From Octopus vulgaris (lineage: Eukaryota): DNA of 64,000 nt. The stretch covers positions 160,022,001-160,086,000 of the forward strand of contig OX597814.1 of assembly GCA_951406725.2 (NCBI GenBank). The letters are read 5' to 3'. The notes under the pieces are model-generated. The model was given only the letters and a program-made list of their open reading frames with translations, did no database searches and was not told the origin of the DNA. The translations under genes and the position numbers were made by a program. Shown here piece by piece: positions 1 through 12,320 of this stretch; the stretch's first letter is position 1; each line of letters begins with the position of its first letter.

Positions 1-360
1 ACATGTAACTCCTAACAAATGTATTGAGTGCCCTTTCTTACGTGTCTATCACATTCGTGAGGGATCGATGCTAGATGGGTCGAAAGAATCGTAGTGGTTA
101 ATAAACATTCTCGTGTCTTCCGTCTTTCGTCTCTCATTAACCATATACATACATACATACATACATACATACATACATACATACATACATACATACGTAC
201 GTACATACGTACATACATACATACATACATACATACATACATACATACATACATACATACATACATACATGTGTGTGTGTGTGTGTTACGGCGGTGCCAC
301 AGTTTGGCCACAGCTCTCGAGCTGAAACTAGTAAAGAACAAAAAGCGTGTGTATGTATGG

Positions 361-640
361 ATTAGGTTTATCGATTTTAATATGCTACATGTAATACATT
401 AATCGATTTTAATACGTTATACATATTAGATTATAGATTCTAGTATTTTATAACGTGTTAGGCTTATCGATTCTAGGAAAGTAGATATATTGAGTTTAGT
501 GATTCTAGTATGTTAAATGTGCTTGAGTTATCGATTCTAGCGCATTTAATATATTAGGTTTATCGATTCTGGTATATTATATGTAATAGATTTATCAATT
601 GCAGCATGTTAAATGAATAAGATTTATCGAATTTAATTTT
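361..640. repeat. Degenerate ~32-33-bp minisatellite (core TTAGGTTTATCGATTCTAG)
   Basis: About 9 recurrences of ttatcgatt(c/t)-like words at roughly 32-33 bp spacing. Confidence 0.8.
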
Positions 641-743
641 TTAGCGTCAGCTGTCACTCGCGAAAGAGTATGACACGGTAACATGTACCATGCTTTCACT
701 AATTGTGTTAGGTGCTCATGTAATCGCTAGCAGACGAATTAGA

Positions 744-957
744 ATTTTGGCACAAGGCCAGCAATTTCGGGGCAGAGGAAAAGTCATTTCATCGACACCA
801 GTACTCAACTAGTACTTCTTTTATCGACCTCGAAAAGATGGAAGGCAAATTCGCGAAGTCGACCGCGGCGGAATTTGAACTCAAAACGTAAAGACGGAAG
901 AAATGCCTCTAAAGATTTTGCTTGGGATACTAATGATTCCGTCAGCTCACTGCCTTA
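744..957 (-). mobile_element. OK-like tRNA-derived SINE (tail type 3, GCTGGCCTTGTGCCAAAATT)
   Basis: Reverse complement matches the GAGCTG...GAGTTCAAATTCCGCC...GTCGACTT...GTCGATAAA body seen in more than 10 other copies in the window. Confidence 0.85.
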
Positions 958-1440
958 GGCTGTATGAAAATAATGCAAAGTATCGTCTGTCTTTCTGAAA
1001 TCCTTGCTGTTAGTATTGATATTAAAACTAAATTGCTAAATTTCAGGAGTCTTTAGCTTTGCCTTCTGTATCAATAAAAATGCTCCTGTCGTCAACAAAC
1101 ATCAACAAATTCGGCGATATGTCCATTACGTCCAAAGCGTCACCACGTAAGGAACTTTCGTAAGAGCTTTCTTCATTATTACATTGATCACTCGAGTGAA
1201 AAATAGAAACGGAAGCACACAACCTTGTTTAAGGAATATTCAAAAAAGAATATAGCTGGGTTTTTTTAGCATTAATTTCCATTGAACAAGCCCAATCGTT
1301 CGCCACACACTTGCAGTAGCAATCGAATAAGCATACTTGATATGCCTTTAGCTTTACGACACTTTCAGATTACCATTTTATATATTCTACCTCATTCATC
1401 CTGCGGGCTGCGACCATAGAGAGGTACTGACAATAAAAGT

Positions 1441-1497
1441 GAAACAGGAGAACGTCTCGTTCTGCAGTCAAATACTCTACCACTGAGTTGTACCTCC
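1441..1497 (-). pseudogene. tRNA-Cys(GCA) pseudogene or tRNA-derived remnant, 3'-truncated
   Basis: Minus strand reads GGAGGTACAACTCAGTGGTAGAGTATTTGACTGCAGAACGAGACGTTC, close to metazoan tRNA-Cys GGGGGTATAGCTCAGTGGTAGAGCATTTGACTGCAGATCAAGAGGTCC. The T-arm and 3' acceptor strand are lost. Confidence 0.7.
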
Positions 1498-1726
1498 AAC
1501 GCTATATATTATATGGAATGCAGCTTTAAAATCAATTTAAATTCGAAGCCGATTTTAGATTCTACCAATAAAGCACTTGGAAAACTGTACTCAAAGAAGT
1601 GTTCATGAATTAGAGAAGAAAAAAACCCCATTAAATTTAGAAATGTTGATGAAACAACACAGCAAATTGTTTAGTGTTGATTTATTTACTGCTCGCCCGA
1701 CGTCAATCGTTAAGAATACGTACACT

Positions 1727-2040
1727 GAGACCCCCTTCGGTCACGACACAGACCATGGGATTGCAGCTAGAAAGTTTCCCTCCCAGGCACAAGTCCGAGC
1801 AAGGTTGTTTATGGAAGACCAGCAGTCGCCCATGCATACCATCCTCACCTCCCCACGCCACCAGTGTTATCCAAGGGAAAGGCAAAGGCCGAAACAGCTT
1901 GGCTGCTTATGACGTCGCAACTCATTTCTACAACTGAGCGAACTGGAGCAGCGTGAAATAATGTGCCTTGCTCAAGAACACAACACACAGCCTCACAATC
2001 GTAAGCGCGACGCTCTAACCACTGAGCCATGCGCCTTCAC
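1727..2040 (-). mobile_element. OR2-like tRNA/CORE-type SINE with long tail
   Basis: Head GGCGCATGGCTCAGTGGTTAGAGCG, body TGTGTTCTTGAGCAAGGCAC..TTTCACGCTGCTCCAG, and TSD acgtacact at 1718-1726 and 2039-2047. Confidence 0.85.
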
Positions 2041-2179
2041 GTACACTAAGGTTATTGTAAAGTGATGAAAAGGCAGAAACAGTGTTACTGAAAACAACAC
2101 AATATACAACCAATAGCATTATTAATTGAAAGGGGAATACGAATCAATATTATTTCTTAAATGAAATTTAAAGAATATT

Positions 2180-2312
2180 CTGTTCTACTCTAGGCACAAT
2201 GCCCGAAATTTTTGGGGGAGGGGAAGCCAGTCGATTAGATCGACCCCAGTTCGCAACTGGTACTTAATTTATCGACCCACCCCCCGAAAGGATGAAAGGC
2301 AAAGTCGACCGC
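2180..2312 (-). mobile_element. 5'-truncated OK-like SINE (tail type 2)
   Basis: OK body plus tail TTTCGGGCATTGTGCCTAGAGTAGAA; 17-bp TSD gaaatttaaagaatatt at 2163-2179 and 2313-2329. Confidence 0.9.
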
Positions 2313-2442
2313 GAAATTTAAAGAATATTAAACGAAAACAAAATCAAAGTGAGTAATCCGCTGGAAACTTTTTAGCCATACGTATGTCATTTGTGTTGGT
2401 AAAGACATATTGTTTTTAAATGACATCATCATCATCATCATC

Positions 2443-2530
<88 letters not shown>

Positions 2531-2531
<1 letters not shown>

Positions 2532-2593
2532 ATTACTCAATAGTCAAGATAAAACTCTGAAACTCAGAGTTTTATCTTGACTATTGAGTAATT
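2531..2593. repeat. Perfect 30-bp inverted repeat with 3-nt loop, inside a short element between (TA)n tracts
   Basis: aattactcaatagtcaagataaaactctga-aac-tcagagttttatcttgactattgagtaatt. Confidence 0.95.
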
Positions 2594-2677
2594 GTAACAT
2601 ATTATTTAATAGATAAATTTCCTCTATTTACATAATATTGAGGTCTCTTTCTTTCTTTTGTTATCTTACCGTTTTTA

Positions 2678-2717
<40 letters not shown>

Positions 2718-2841
2718 CATACACATACACACATACACACATGGCTATTTGTTTTAATATCAAGCTATAAATAAAAACAATTTAACATTGCACTGAAGAA
2801 TGACTCAGTATTTTTATTAAACTTTTACAAGAAGCGGGTGA

Positions 2842-2874
2842 CAGTGACTCAGAAGTTTCGGCCAGCAATCCTTC

Positions 2875-2878
<4 letters not shown>
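2842..2878 (-). ncRNA. Truncated hammerhead-ribozyme-like motif
   Basis: Minus strand: ..GATGAA-GG-attgctgg-CC-GAAAC-ttctga-GTC-actg. The 5' CU and the stem I 5' arm are replaced by the adjacent (GATA)n tract. Confidence 0.5.
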
Positions 2879-2938
<60 letters not shown>

Positions 2939-3071
2939 CTATACATACACACACACATACACGTACACATGTAATACGCGTAGCCATTGTCTTTAAGCTA
3001 ATACCATAAATTTGTGACCTTGCGCTAATTTGAGAAATCACCATCATCCTCGCTGTTCCACTCGCCAGGCC

Positions 3072-3363
<292 letters not shown>

Positions 3364-3954
3364 TGGACACCTACGATAGCGATCATGATAATGATGATAA
3401 TAACGACAATTTTATTTCTTTATTTATTAAGACAGGAAGCTTCTGATTATTTTGAAGGGAAATGGGAAGACGTGACGTCGCTACGGTGAAAAGAAGACGA
3501 AATTCAGAGAAGCCGGCCTGCGAAGTGAGTTGCTCTTTCAGTTGATGTTAACAGTAAGTATTTTCCTAATGAATAGAGGTTGGTGGTAAGGAAAGCTAAA
3601 ATAACTATAATCATGTAAAAAGGAACATCGAAAAGTTGGTGGGAAGTGAAGAGAAGGGAACGACACCGATTAGTGTATGGAAGCTAAAGGAAAACATCAG
3701 AACGGGATGCTAAAGTGGCTGACCCTTTCCCATTAAAAATGACCCCGGTTCGAGTGGGCTGGATCCAGTTCTTTGGTTAAAAGGAATTGCTCCAATTCTA
3801 TTCATTAGAGTTTCTAGTTTTGTATTTTCTCAGGCTGTCTTATGTCGCATTCTTTTGTCTATCACCAAGTAGGATTTGTTTATTTTCATATTTTTATTAA
3901 GACTATTGTTTTTGTTTGTATTATTTGGATTATTATCGTACTATTTACTTTGAC

Positions 3955-4612
3955 TGCTGTCCCATTTCGATATATTGTTGCTGTGTGAGTGACCCATTTA
4001 ATTGTTGTCTGTTGATTTATTGTATTTTATTATTGCTAGGCTAAATGTCCCATTTTATTTTATTGCTATTGTATTAGCTGTCCTATTTTATTTTATTGTT
4101 GCTATGTTAAACGTCCTATTTTATATCAGTGCCACTGTGTTAGTAGATGTCCCATTTTATTTTATTGTTGTTGTATTGGTTGCCCTATTTTATTTTATTG
4201 TTGTTAAGCCAAATGTCCCATTTCATATCACTGTCGCTGTGTTAGATGTCCCATTTTGTTATACTATTGTATTAGTTGCGCCATTTTATTTTATTGTTGT
4301 TATGTCAAATGTCCCATTTTATATCACTGTCGCTGTGTTAGATGTTCCATTTTGCTTTATTATTGTATTAGCTGCGCCATTTTATTTTATTGTTGCTAAG
4401 TCAAATGTCCCATTTTATATCACTGTCGCTGTGTTAAATGTCCCATTTTGTTATATTATTGTATTAGTTGCGCCATTTTATTGTATTGAAGCTGTCAAAT
4501 GTCCCATTTTATATCACTGTCGCTGTGTTAAATGTCCCGTTTTATTCTATAGTTGCCCTATTTCATTTTAGTGAGACAGTGTTAAATATTCCATTTTGTA
4601 TTCTTGTTGATG
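3955..4612. repeat. ~30-36-bp minisatellite (TGTCCCATTTTATTTTATTGTTGCTGTGTTAAA); further units at ~4940-4985 and ~5540-5740
   Basis: Repeated gtcccatttt/ccatttt anchors. Unit lengths are mostly multiples of 3, which explains the spurious 189-aa ORF. Confidence 0.85.
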
Positions 4613-4614
4613 TT

Positions 4615-4925
4615 GTGAAAGCACGTGGCTTAGTGGTTAGGGCAATCGGCTCACGAAGGTATGAGCTCGATATCCACCAGTGCATTGTGTCCTTGAGCCA
4701 GACACATTATTTCACGTTGCTCCAGGTCCACTCAGCTGGCAAAGTGAGCAGTACCTGTAATTCAAAAGCCCAGCCTTGTCACATTCTGTGTCATCCTGAA
4801 TCTCCCTTGAGAACTACTTTAAGGGTACACGTGTTTGTGAAGTGCTCAGCCATTTGCTCGTTAATTTCCCAACCAAGCTGATCGGATCAACTGGAACCCT
4901 CGTCGTCGTAAGCGACGGAGCGTTA
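4615..4925 (+). mobile_element. OR2-like SINE (tail ending CCCTCGTCGTCGTAAGCGACGGAG) inserted into the minisatellite
   Basis: Head GCACGTGGCTTAGTGGTTAGG and CORE-like TGTGTCCTTGAGC..TTTCACGTTGCTCCAG; same tail as the copy at 18292-18540. Confidence 0.8.
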
Positions 4926-5225
4926 GTTTTGATTTTCATTGTCGATGTTAAATGTGCCATTTTATTCTTATTGTTATTGTATTATGTTGTGTCAGGGGGG
5001 AGTCATTTTCTTTTTGTACCTTATAATTTAACACACCGGTAAAATTTCTTATTTTTATTTTCCAAAAAATTTCGTTGCGTCTTGCAACCTTTTCAATAGT
5101 CTTGAGTCTGACCGTTATTTACACTGCGTTTCTTTTTGTTTGTTTATGCGCATGTGTGTGTGTGTGTGTCTATACATGCATGTATGTATATATGCATGTG
5201 TGTGTATGTATATATGTGTGTGTAT

Positions 5226-5423
5226 GCCATGATAGATCAGTAGCCACTACACACATTGTTTTTCTCTCCTTGTTTCTTTCAGTGTTCCTTTCTGTGGAAG
5301 AGCGTAGGCTCGAAACGTAAAAGACTTTTTTCAATTCCTGAGCGTTATATTAATACATGTGTTTGTTTTTTACACCACCTGTCTTCGTCTTTTGTTGTTT
5401 GTTTTTTTTCGTGAATTCTCCCC
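5226..5423 (+). mobile_element. Penelope-like terminal-repeat fragment carrying a hammerhead-like motif (5288-5323)
   Basis: Homologous to the 3' end of the GIY-YIG element at 50625-50833; motif cttt-CTGTGGAA-gagc-gtag-gctc-GAAAC-GTA-aaag. Confidence 0.8.
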
Positions 5424-5774
5424 ATATGTATATATGTATGCATGTGTGTGCCTCTGTATGTATGTATTCTGAATATTCATGTGCTTGCACGTCCGTGTTT
5501 GTGTGACCCAAATCCAAAAACGAAATGTTATTGTATTAGTTACCCTGTTATATTGTTGCTATGCTAAATGTCCCGTTTTATTGTTGTCGTGTTAATTTGT
5601 CTATTGTCAGGTGTCTCATTTTATATTATTGTCGCTGTGTTAGATGTCCCATTTCATTTCGTTGCTTCTGCGTTAGTTGTCCTATTCTATATTATTGTTG
5701 TATGTAGTCCAGTTTCATTTTACTGTTGGTGCTAGATGTTCAAGGCAATTGGAAAAAAATTGATGCCTGTATCT

Positions 5775-5808
<34 letters not shown>

Positions 5809-6396
5809 AATATATATATACTTTTTTTTATTAAAGTTGCAAGTACGTCACAACAAACTGGAGCTCGGAGTTTCACGTTCTCGTTCGTCGGACAGCAGTG
5901 ACGACAACTGTTCGACGAATAAAAAAGCATGTTACTCTACCTTCGGTATTCGAGTACTATTTTTTCCACTTTCTTTTGGATTTATGTGCTTACTCGTGTG
6001 TGTGTGTGCATGCGTGTGTGTGTGTGTGCTGCATGCATGCATGCGTGCGCGTGTGTGTGTGTGCGGGTTTAAAATTTATACCACTGTGAATACGATTATA
6101 TTTATATGGAGAGAAATTTACGTTAAATATGTCGTCATCGATAAGTATGATCTTTGCAATTCACTTTCTTTTGGGTTGCCAAGCATTTGGTTTACTTATT
6201 TATTTGCTCTTTTGATATCAGTCCAAGTGCTCCAATAATAATATGTAATAGTGCTGCTTTCAGTTTTATAAGCATTTCCAGAAATGTATTTTTGTAAGCT
6301 GAGGCTGCAATATCCATCGAAAGACAAATTTTTTCAGCATAATTTTTTCAAATTCACATCTGGTCGGTCACAATCAGTTTGAACATAGAAATTCTA

Positions 6397-6705
6397 AAGG
6401 ATGGTAACTTCAGCATTCTGGACAACTTGTGATTTATATTCCAGCCAATTCTCTTTGTGGGGGAGGTTGTATATACCGCATATTGAGCAGTGTATGTACT
6501 GAGTTGCCCTTTCATGTCGTTGCAAATATCTTGTAGGTGCCAGTCGGCCACATTGAGATATCATATGATTGACTGACTCTGGATGTTCTCCGCATATGCG
6601 ATACGATAGGTTGCTTTCATGCTTCAGAACATTGTACTGGTAATTCCTAGTTGGAAGGCGCTCAATTTTATCAGCAATGATATACCTTTCAGTTTCCGGC
6701 ACGAG
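6397..6705 (-). mobile_element. Dong/R4-clade non-LTR retrotransposon fragment (zinc-knuckle region)
   Basis: PETE..I.A....LPTRNY...RICGEHPESVNHMISQCGRLA..YLQRHE matches the other R4-type pieces in the window. Confidence 0.8.
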
Positions 6706-6749
6706 ATTCAAAGCAAACCTTGAAGGGAGGATGCATGTTATTGATGAGG

Positions 6750-6997
6750 TCACAAATAGATACGAAAGGACTTTAACAAGCAAACAATCAATTAATTGTT
6801 TAATCAACACATTAAACAAACAATAGATTAGTGAGTTGGTTAGATATTTAACCATTTGACTAACACTAAAGAAATCATATTGGACCAGTGCGTATGTTTA
6901 TTATCATTATTGGCGTAATAACCCACCCAAGACACAAAATTTGTTTCAATACACGAATTCGCATCAAGAATCTTGCAAAACGAATATAATAACAAAG
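6750..6997 (+). repeat. Unclassified dispersed repeat; inverted second copy at ~13700-13950
   Basis: Shared blocks ttgtttaatcaacacattaaacaaa and cccaagacaca..tgtttcaa..catcaagaatcttgcaaa. Confidence 0.75.
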
Positions 6998-7577
6998 TAT
7001 ATCTTGAGTCCTCCTTCTCTCACTTTTTGTTCCACATTTGATACTGGCACAGAGAAGGTAAATCTTCTCTGATTCCATCCTCTTCTACTTCAGTAGGTTC
7101 GCCACAATATATACGAAGTGTAAATGCACCTCCTTTCGCTTCAAAGCCTCAAAATCAACAGCCCTCTCAAAATACCTTCCATTAGCATTAACAATGAACC
7201 TGGAGTTGCCCTCTAGTCTCATCAAATTTTTCAACTCACTCTCCTTCCTGTCTCTTTCTCTCTCTCTTACCTCAGGGATATAACCCAATCTTTGAAAACA
7301 TATCTCTTACTCCCAGGAAGGGTAACCCTCTAACTCTACCAGCTCTCAGTATACTGCACTCACTTCCAACATCTCAAAGATTGCAAAGACAGCCATTAGC
7401 AACTACCTTCTACAACACACTGAATTTTTCTACTTCTACATTAACCGCTAGTATAGGTCCAGTAGATCCGTCAGGCCATACCTGCCGGTGACCAAAACTC
7501 TTATATCACTCACCAATAGGCTCTCGTTTTTGATAGATTTAGTAAAAGCAGTGGTATTGCTGACAACATCAATAAAC

Positions 7578-8010
7578 GCGACGAGCTGGCAGAAACGGCA
7601 GAGCTGGCGGAATCATTAGCACGCCGGGCGAAATGCTTGGCGGTATTTCGTCTGCCGTTTCGTTCTGAGTTCAAATTCCGCCGAGGTCGACTTTGCCTTT
7701 GATCCTTTCGGGGTCGATAAATTAAGTACCAGTTATGCACTGGGGTCGATTTAATCGACTTAATCCGTTTGTCTGTCCTTGTTTGTCCCCTCTATGTTTA
7801 GCCCCTTGTGGGTAGTAAAGAAAAAAGTATTTCGTCAGTCGCTGCGTTCTGAGTTCAAATTTCGCCGAGGTCAACTTTGCCTTTCATCCTTTGAGGTCGA
7901 TAAATTTAGTACCAGTTACGCACTGGGGTCGATGTAATCGACTTAATCCGTTTGTCTGTTCTTGTTTATTCCCTCTATCTTTAGCCCCTTGTGGGCAATA
8001 AAGAAATAAG
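7578..8010 (+). mobile_element. OK-like SINE dimer flanked by a single TSD
   Basis: Full unit 7578-7826 followed by a second unit starting GTATTTCGTC at 7827; 13-bp TSD aacatcaataaac at 7565-7577 and 8011-8023. Confidence 0.9.
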
Positions 8011-8409
8011 AACATCAATAAACTTAAAAACTGCCTGCTTATAGGTAACTAGCGCTTTTCGTATCGGTAGATCCCAGTATTCGGTACTTGCCAAAGATGC
8101 TCTCTCTAGCCAACACTTGATCAACTCTGATGTGCTTCAGGCTTTAATTTTCTCCTCTATACTCTTCCACCTATGCCTATACAGCGTACTTATTGCTAAC
8201 TCCAAAAATGTCGGCTCATACGTAGATGATACCACTCTCACTTTCTCTCTTGCGTTCTCCACTCAAACGTCAATCTATCACACCTTACGCTAAATCTGCA
8301 ATAACTCCTTGAACAGGGACCTGGAAAATACCGTTCTATGGAGTCGTGTTAATTTTCTCTTTCCGAACAGCAAGAAAGGTACCACCACTGCACATATCTT
8401 TTATTTTTA

Positions 8410-8596
8410 TCTTCCATCTTTTATTTGGTTTAGTTATTGGATTGCAGCCATGTTGAAGTACCACCTTGAAAGGTTTTGTTCAACCAAATCGGTACAGGTA
8501 TTTTTATTAAGTCTGGTGCTTAGCCTATTAGTCCATTTTGCCGAACCGCTATTACGGACTTGTAAACAAGCTAGTGCCAGTTGTAATCGATGAGAG

Positions 8597-8661
<65 letters not shown>

Positions 8662-8840
8662 GCACACACACACTACGGGGTTCCACACGGCTTCCGTCTA
8701 CCAAATTCACTCACAAGGCATTGGCCGATCCATTGCTATAGCAGAAGACGCTTGCCCAAGATGTGTCGTGTAGTGGAACTGAACCCGATGCCACGTGGTT
8801 GGAAAGTAAGGCTCTAAACCACACAACCATACATGTGCCT
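8410..8840 (-). mobile_element. OR1-like SINE with internal (CA)n
   Basis: TTTGCCGAACCGCT, TTCCGTCTACCAAATTCACTCACAAGGC and CTTGCCCAAG blocks shared with many copies. Confidence 0.85.
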
Positions 8841-9326
8841 ATATTGATACAAAAATAATTAATAAAATAAATAAATAAATAAATAATCACATCTCTTCGC
8901 GTCCTTTAAAAATGATCAATACAATACTTCATTCCTCAATATCGTTTCAGATGCCGTTTCATCTCTTTACTACCGTTTCTGTCTCTATTATTGTGTCATC
9001 TACTCGGAGTTGTCTGGTTCCGTGCCAACTCCATTCAGATACTCCCAACTCATTCGTCTTCCTACCCATATCGAGGTCACCAACCGAGGCCTCGCAAAAA
9101 ACCGCTACACTCATTACTTACAACCCTAGAATAGCAACTTGTTGGAACACCCTTTCTGGCAAACTTTTTGCCGCAACAGTCGACTTGTAACAGTTAAAGG
9201 GGTACTTTAAAGGTAGAGATATCTCAGAAATCTTGGAGAGCCTATGAAGATCATGAACTCAAGCCATTTTCTATTTCTTCAACTCCGCCAAAAAAACAAA
9301 ACAAATGCGTGCTTTTCTCTGTGTTT

Positions 9327-9374
<48 letters not shown>

Positions 9375-9546
9375 ATCGTTGAGAGTGGAAATGTTTGTGC
9401 ATATGTGAGTCTGTTTAAATGTGCATGCATGACATATATGTAAGATGCGTGTGTATGCTAGCGTGTGTACATGTGTGTGTGTGTGTTCATGCGTGTAAAT
9501 ATGTGACGGGAGTGAAAAAGAATGTGTATGCGCGTGTGTATTTGCA

Positions 9547-9577
<31 letters not shown>

Positions 9578-9598
9578 GTGTATGTATGTATGTATGTA

Positions 9599-9646
<48 letters not shown>

Positions 9647-9949
9647 TAAATAGAAAAATGAGGATATGGGGTGGGGCGGTAGGAATGGCTAGAGTTTTAT
9701 ATGTGAACTGAAAAAGACAATATAAAATAGAATAAAATGCAATGAAAGAAAAAGAAAGAGAAAAACGAAAGACACGGAAAAAAACGAGAGAGAGAGAGAG
9801 AAAGAAAGTGTGAGAGAAGGAAGAGAGAAAGAAAGAGGAAGAGAGAGAGAGAGAGAGGAAAGGAGAGACACAAAAAAAAGAGTGATGCTCTACAGTAGAA
9901 GTGAAAAAGACAGCAACAATTACAAAGACAAGAAAGACGACAGCGGTAA

Positions 9950-10230
9950 CGATGATGATGATAATGGCGATGATGATGATGGTGGTGGTGGTGGTGGTGG
10001 TGGTGGTGGTAGTGGTAGTGGTGGTGGTGGTGGTAGTGGTGGTGGTAATGATACTAATAACAACAACAGTAAGGACGGTTGTGGTGGGGAGGGTTGATAG
10101 TGGATATGCAGGTGATGGTGATGATGAAGAAGTTGATGATGAGACGAGAACGACGACGACGACGACGAAGGCGATGACGACGACGACGACGAAGGCGATG
10201 ACGACGACAACGATGACTATGCTGATAATG
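9950..10230. repeat. Compound (GAT/GGT/GAC)n microsatellite within a CA/GA-rich low-complexity block (9320-10430)
   Basis: Directly visible. Confidence 0.9.
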
Positions 10231-10660
10231 ATGTTCGCCAAGCCAGAGGGCGACACAACGTTTACTGTCAACAATTGTAGTTTAGTATAAGAAAACAATA
10301 ACGCACTGATTGTGTCGAAACACTCGACTGTATTGCAGAGAGAAGATAGTAAAGATAGAAGAAAAAGAAGAAAAAGAAGAAGAAGAAGGAAGAGAAAGGA
10401 GGAAGAGGAAGACAGGAGAGTAATGGGAGGTGGAGAGCGGGAGAGAATCGATTATGACGGCCTAAAACGTTGTCCAACACCGACAAGTTTGTTTATAGCA
10501 TTGTCTCTAATGTTTTCTTGGCATTCGTCCTGATCAAAGCAACGTGCAGACACTACTAATATTAGACTGCGCATACAAAAACTGGCAACATCAATCAGCG
10601 CAGACGGTTGTGATTTTGTGATTTTTCTGATTTTTCATAAAGCGACCACACATGAGGTTT

Positions 10661-10744
<84 letters not shown>

Positions 10745-10896
10745 CACACAGAGAGACTGATTGATAATTAGATAGATGTTTTTATGTACTAATGTCGGAC
10801 ACGCTTACAGACACAACCAGACTCAGAAATGTAAATGCACAAGAGACAGTACAATGCATGGATGTATATATAAATACATACTTACCTACATATCTA

Positions 10897-10942
<46 letters not shown>

Positions 10943-10982
10943 GTACTAAGTATATATATGTACTAAGTATATATGTACTAAG

Positions 10983-11021
<39 letters not shown>

Positions 11022-11075
11022 ACTTTTGTCTGTGACTGTATGTTGCAATATATATGTATATGTACACACATATGT

Positions 11076-11158
<83 letters not shown>

Positions 11159-11621
11159 TGCGTGTATGTGTGTACATATATACATACACGCACACACACT
11201 TACTCACACACGCATATATGCTCGTGCATATATCAACATTCGGAAACAAAAGCTTAGCGAACTCATACATACACATACTAGGCACACACATGTCCAAGCA
11301 CGTGCGCCTACACACACACGCACACGTACACACACAAACACACACACAAACATACGGGCATACACACGCACCCACGCATCCACACACACACGCATGCACG
11401 CACGCACATACACACACACACATACTCACACACGCTCGCATGCATATATTGGAAGCCGAAAACTTTCCAAAACGCTATCCGAGTTTCTCGGTTCCGATTT
11501 TTTTACTCCATTGAGCGGGGTCTTCTACGGAACCGCTAACTTACGGGGACGTAAACAAACCAACACCGGATGTCAAGTTGTGATGGAGTTTAAACACAAT
11601 ACAAGCACAAAGACAAACACC

Positions 11622-11654
<33 letters not shown>

Positions 11655-11689
11655 ACACTTAAAGAGCTTAGCTGAGAAAAGTTAGCTGA

Positions 11690-12320
11690 AATGGAAGACT
11701 AGAAGCCACCTGAATACTAAAAAGGGAGTTCCCTGTATCATGAAGGTTTGTGCCGGATGTCAAAATGCCGACATCATGACTGCTGCTCAATGCTCTGAGA
11801 AGGCTGTAAAGACTGCAAGATGTGACGTGGAGATCGTGAAAATCAAGTTCCACCAATTTATGATGGTCTTTGGGTATGTCTCTTGTGAGGGTGACGCGAT
11901 GCCCACCCCTATCTTTGAACTGGACCTTAGACTCAATTCAAATGGCTATGTGAAACTGTTGATAGTGGTCAAACCCCAGCAGGAGAGAGTTGTTGCTGGA
12001 AGGCCATATGTGTGGCAGTAAGATTCGGCTCGTTGTCATACCGCCGGAAAGAGAATAGGTTGTCAAAGAACATTTACGACTCCATCAGTCCCAGTTTCTG
12101 GCATCCCAATTCTCCCGATTGTAATCCCTTGGATTACTATGTGTGGAGCGCAGTTGAGAAAGATACCTTCCACTCCGTCTGCAAAATCAAAGCCAAGTTG
12201 GTGGCCAAAATCAAGGAGGTGTTTGATCTTCCCAGGGACTCAGTGAGGAATGCACAAAACAAAAGTAACATATACAGTTGCGTGATTTTCGACAATTTCT
12301 TGCTGCCCATTTCGAGGGTT
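11690..12320 (+). mobile_element. Tc1/mariner superfamily transposase fossil (maT/DD37D-like)
   Basis: KFHQFMMVFGYVSCEGDAMP..LRLNSNGYVKLL..VKP..RPYVWQ followed by FWHPNSPDCNPLDYYVWSAVEK; stops and frameshifts present. Confidence 0.85.

Larger units (their letters stand above)
7000..9230 (+). mobile_element. Highly degraded CR1/L2(Jockey-group)-like LINE RT and C-terminus, split by later SINE insertions
   Basis: Frameshifted remnants: ALTSNISKIA (~7357), KLPAY, NSDVLQ (GVPQG-like), SYVDDTTL (YADD-like, ~8216), SLNRDLEN, TCWNTL (~9140). Confidence 0.7.

Noticed and set aside
4002-4571. 189-aa hydrophobic repeat ORF resembling a membrane protein
   Set aside because: It is the translation of a ~33-bp minisatellite; further units elsewhere are out of frame and interrupted by a SINE.
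10238-10256. CTCF-like motif GCCAGAGGGCG
   Set aside because: The 5' half of the consensus mismatches, and a single short hit is not supportable.
9279-10298. 339-aa ORF with apparent transmembrane segments and mucin-like Thr run
   Set aside because: Built from consecutive microsatellites with no complex domain.
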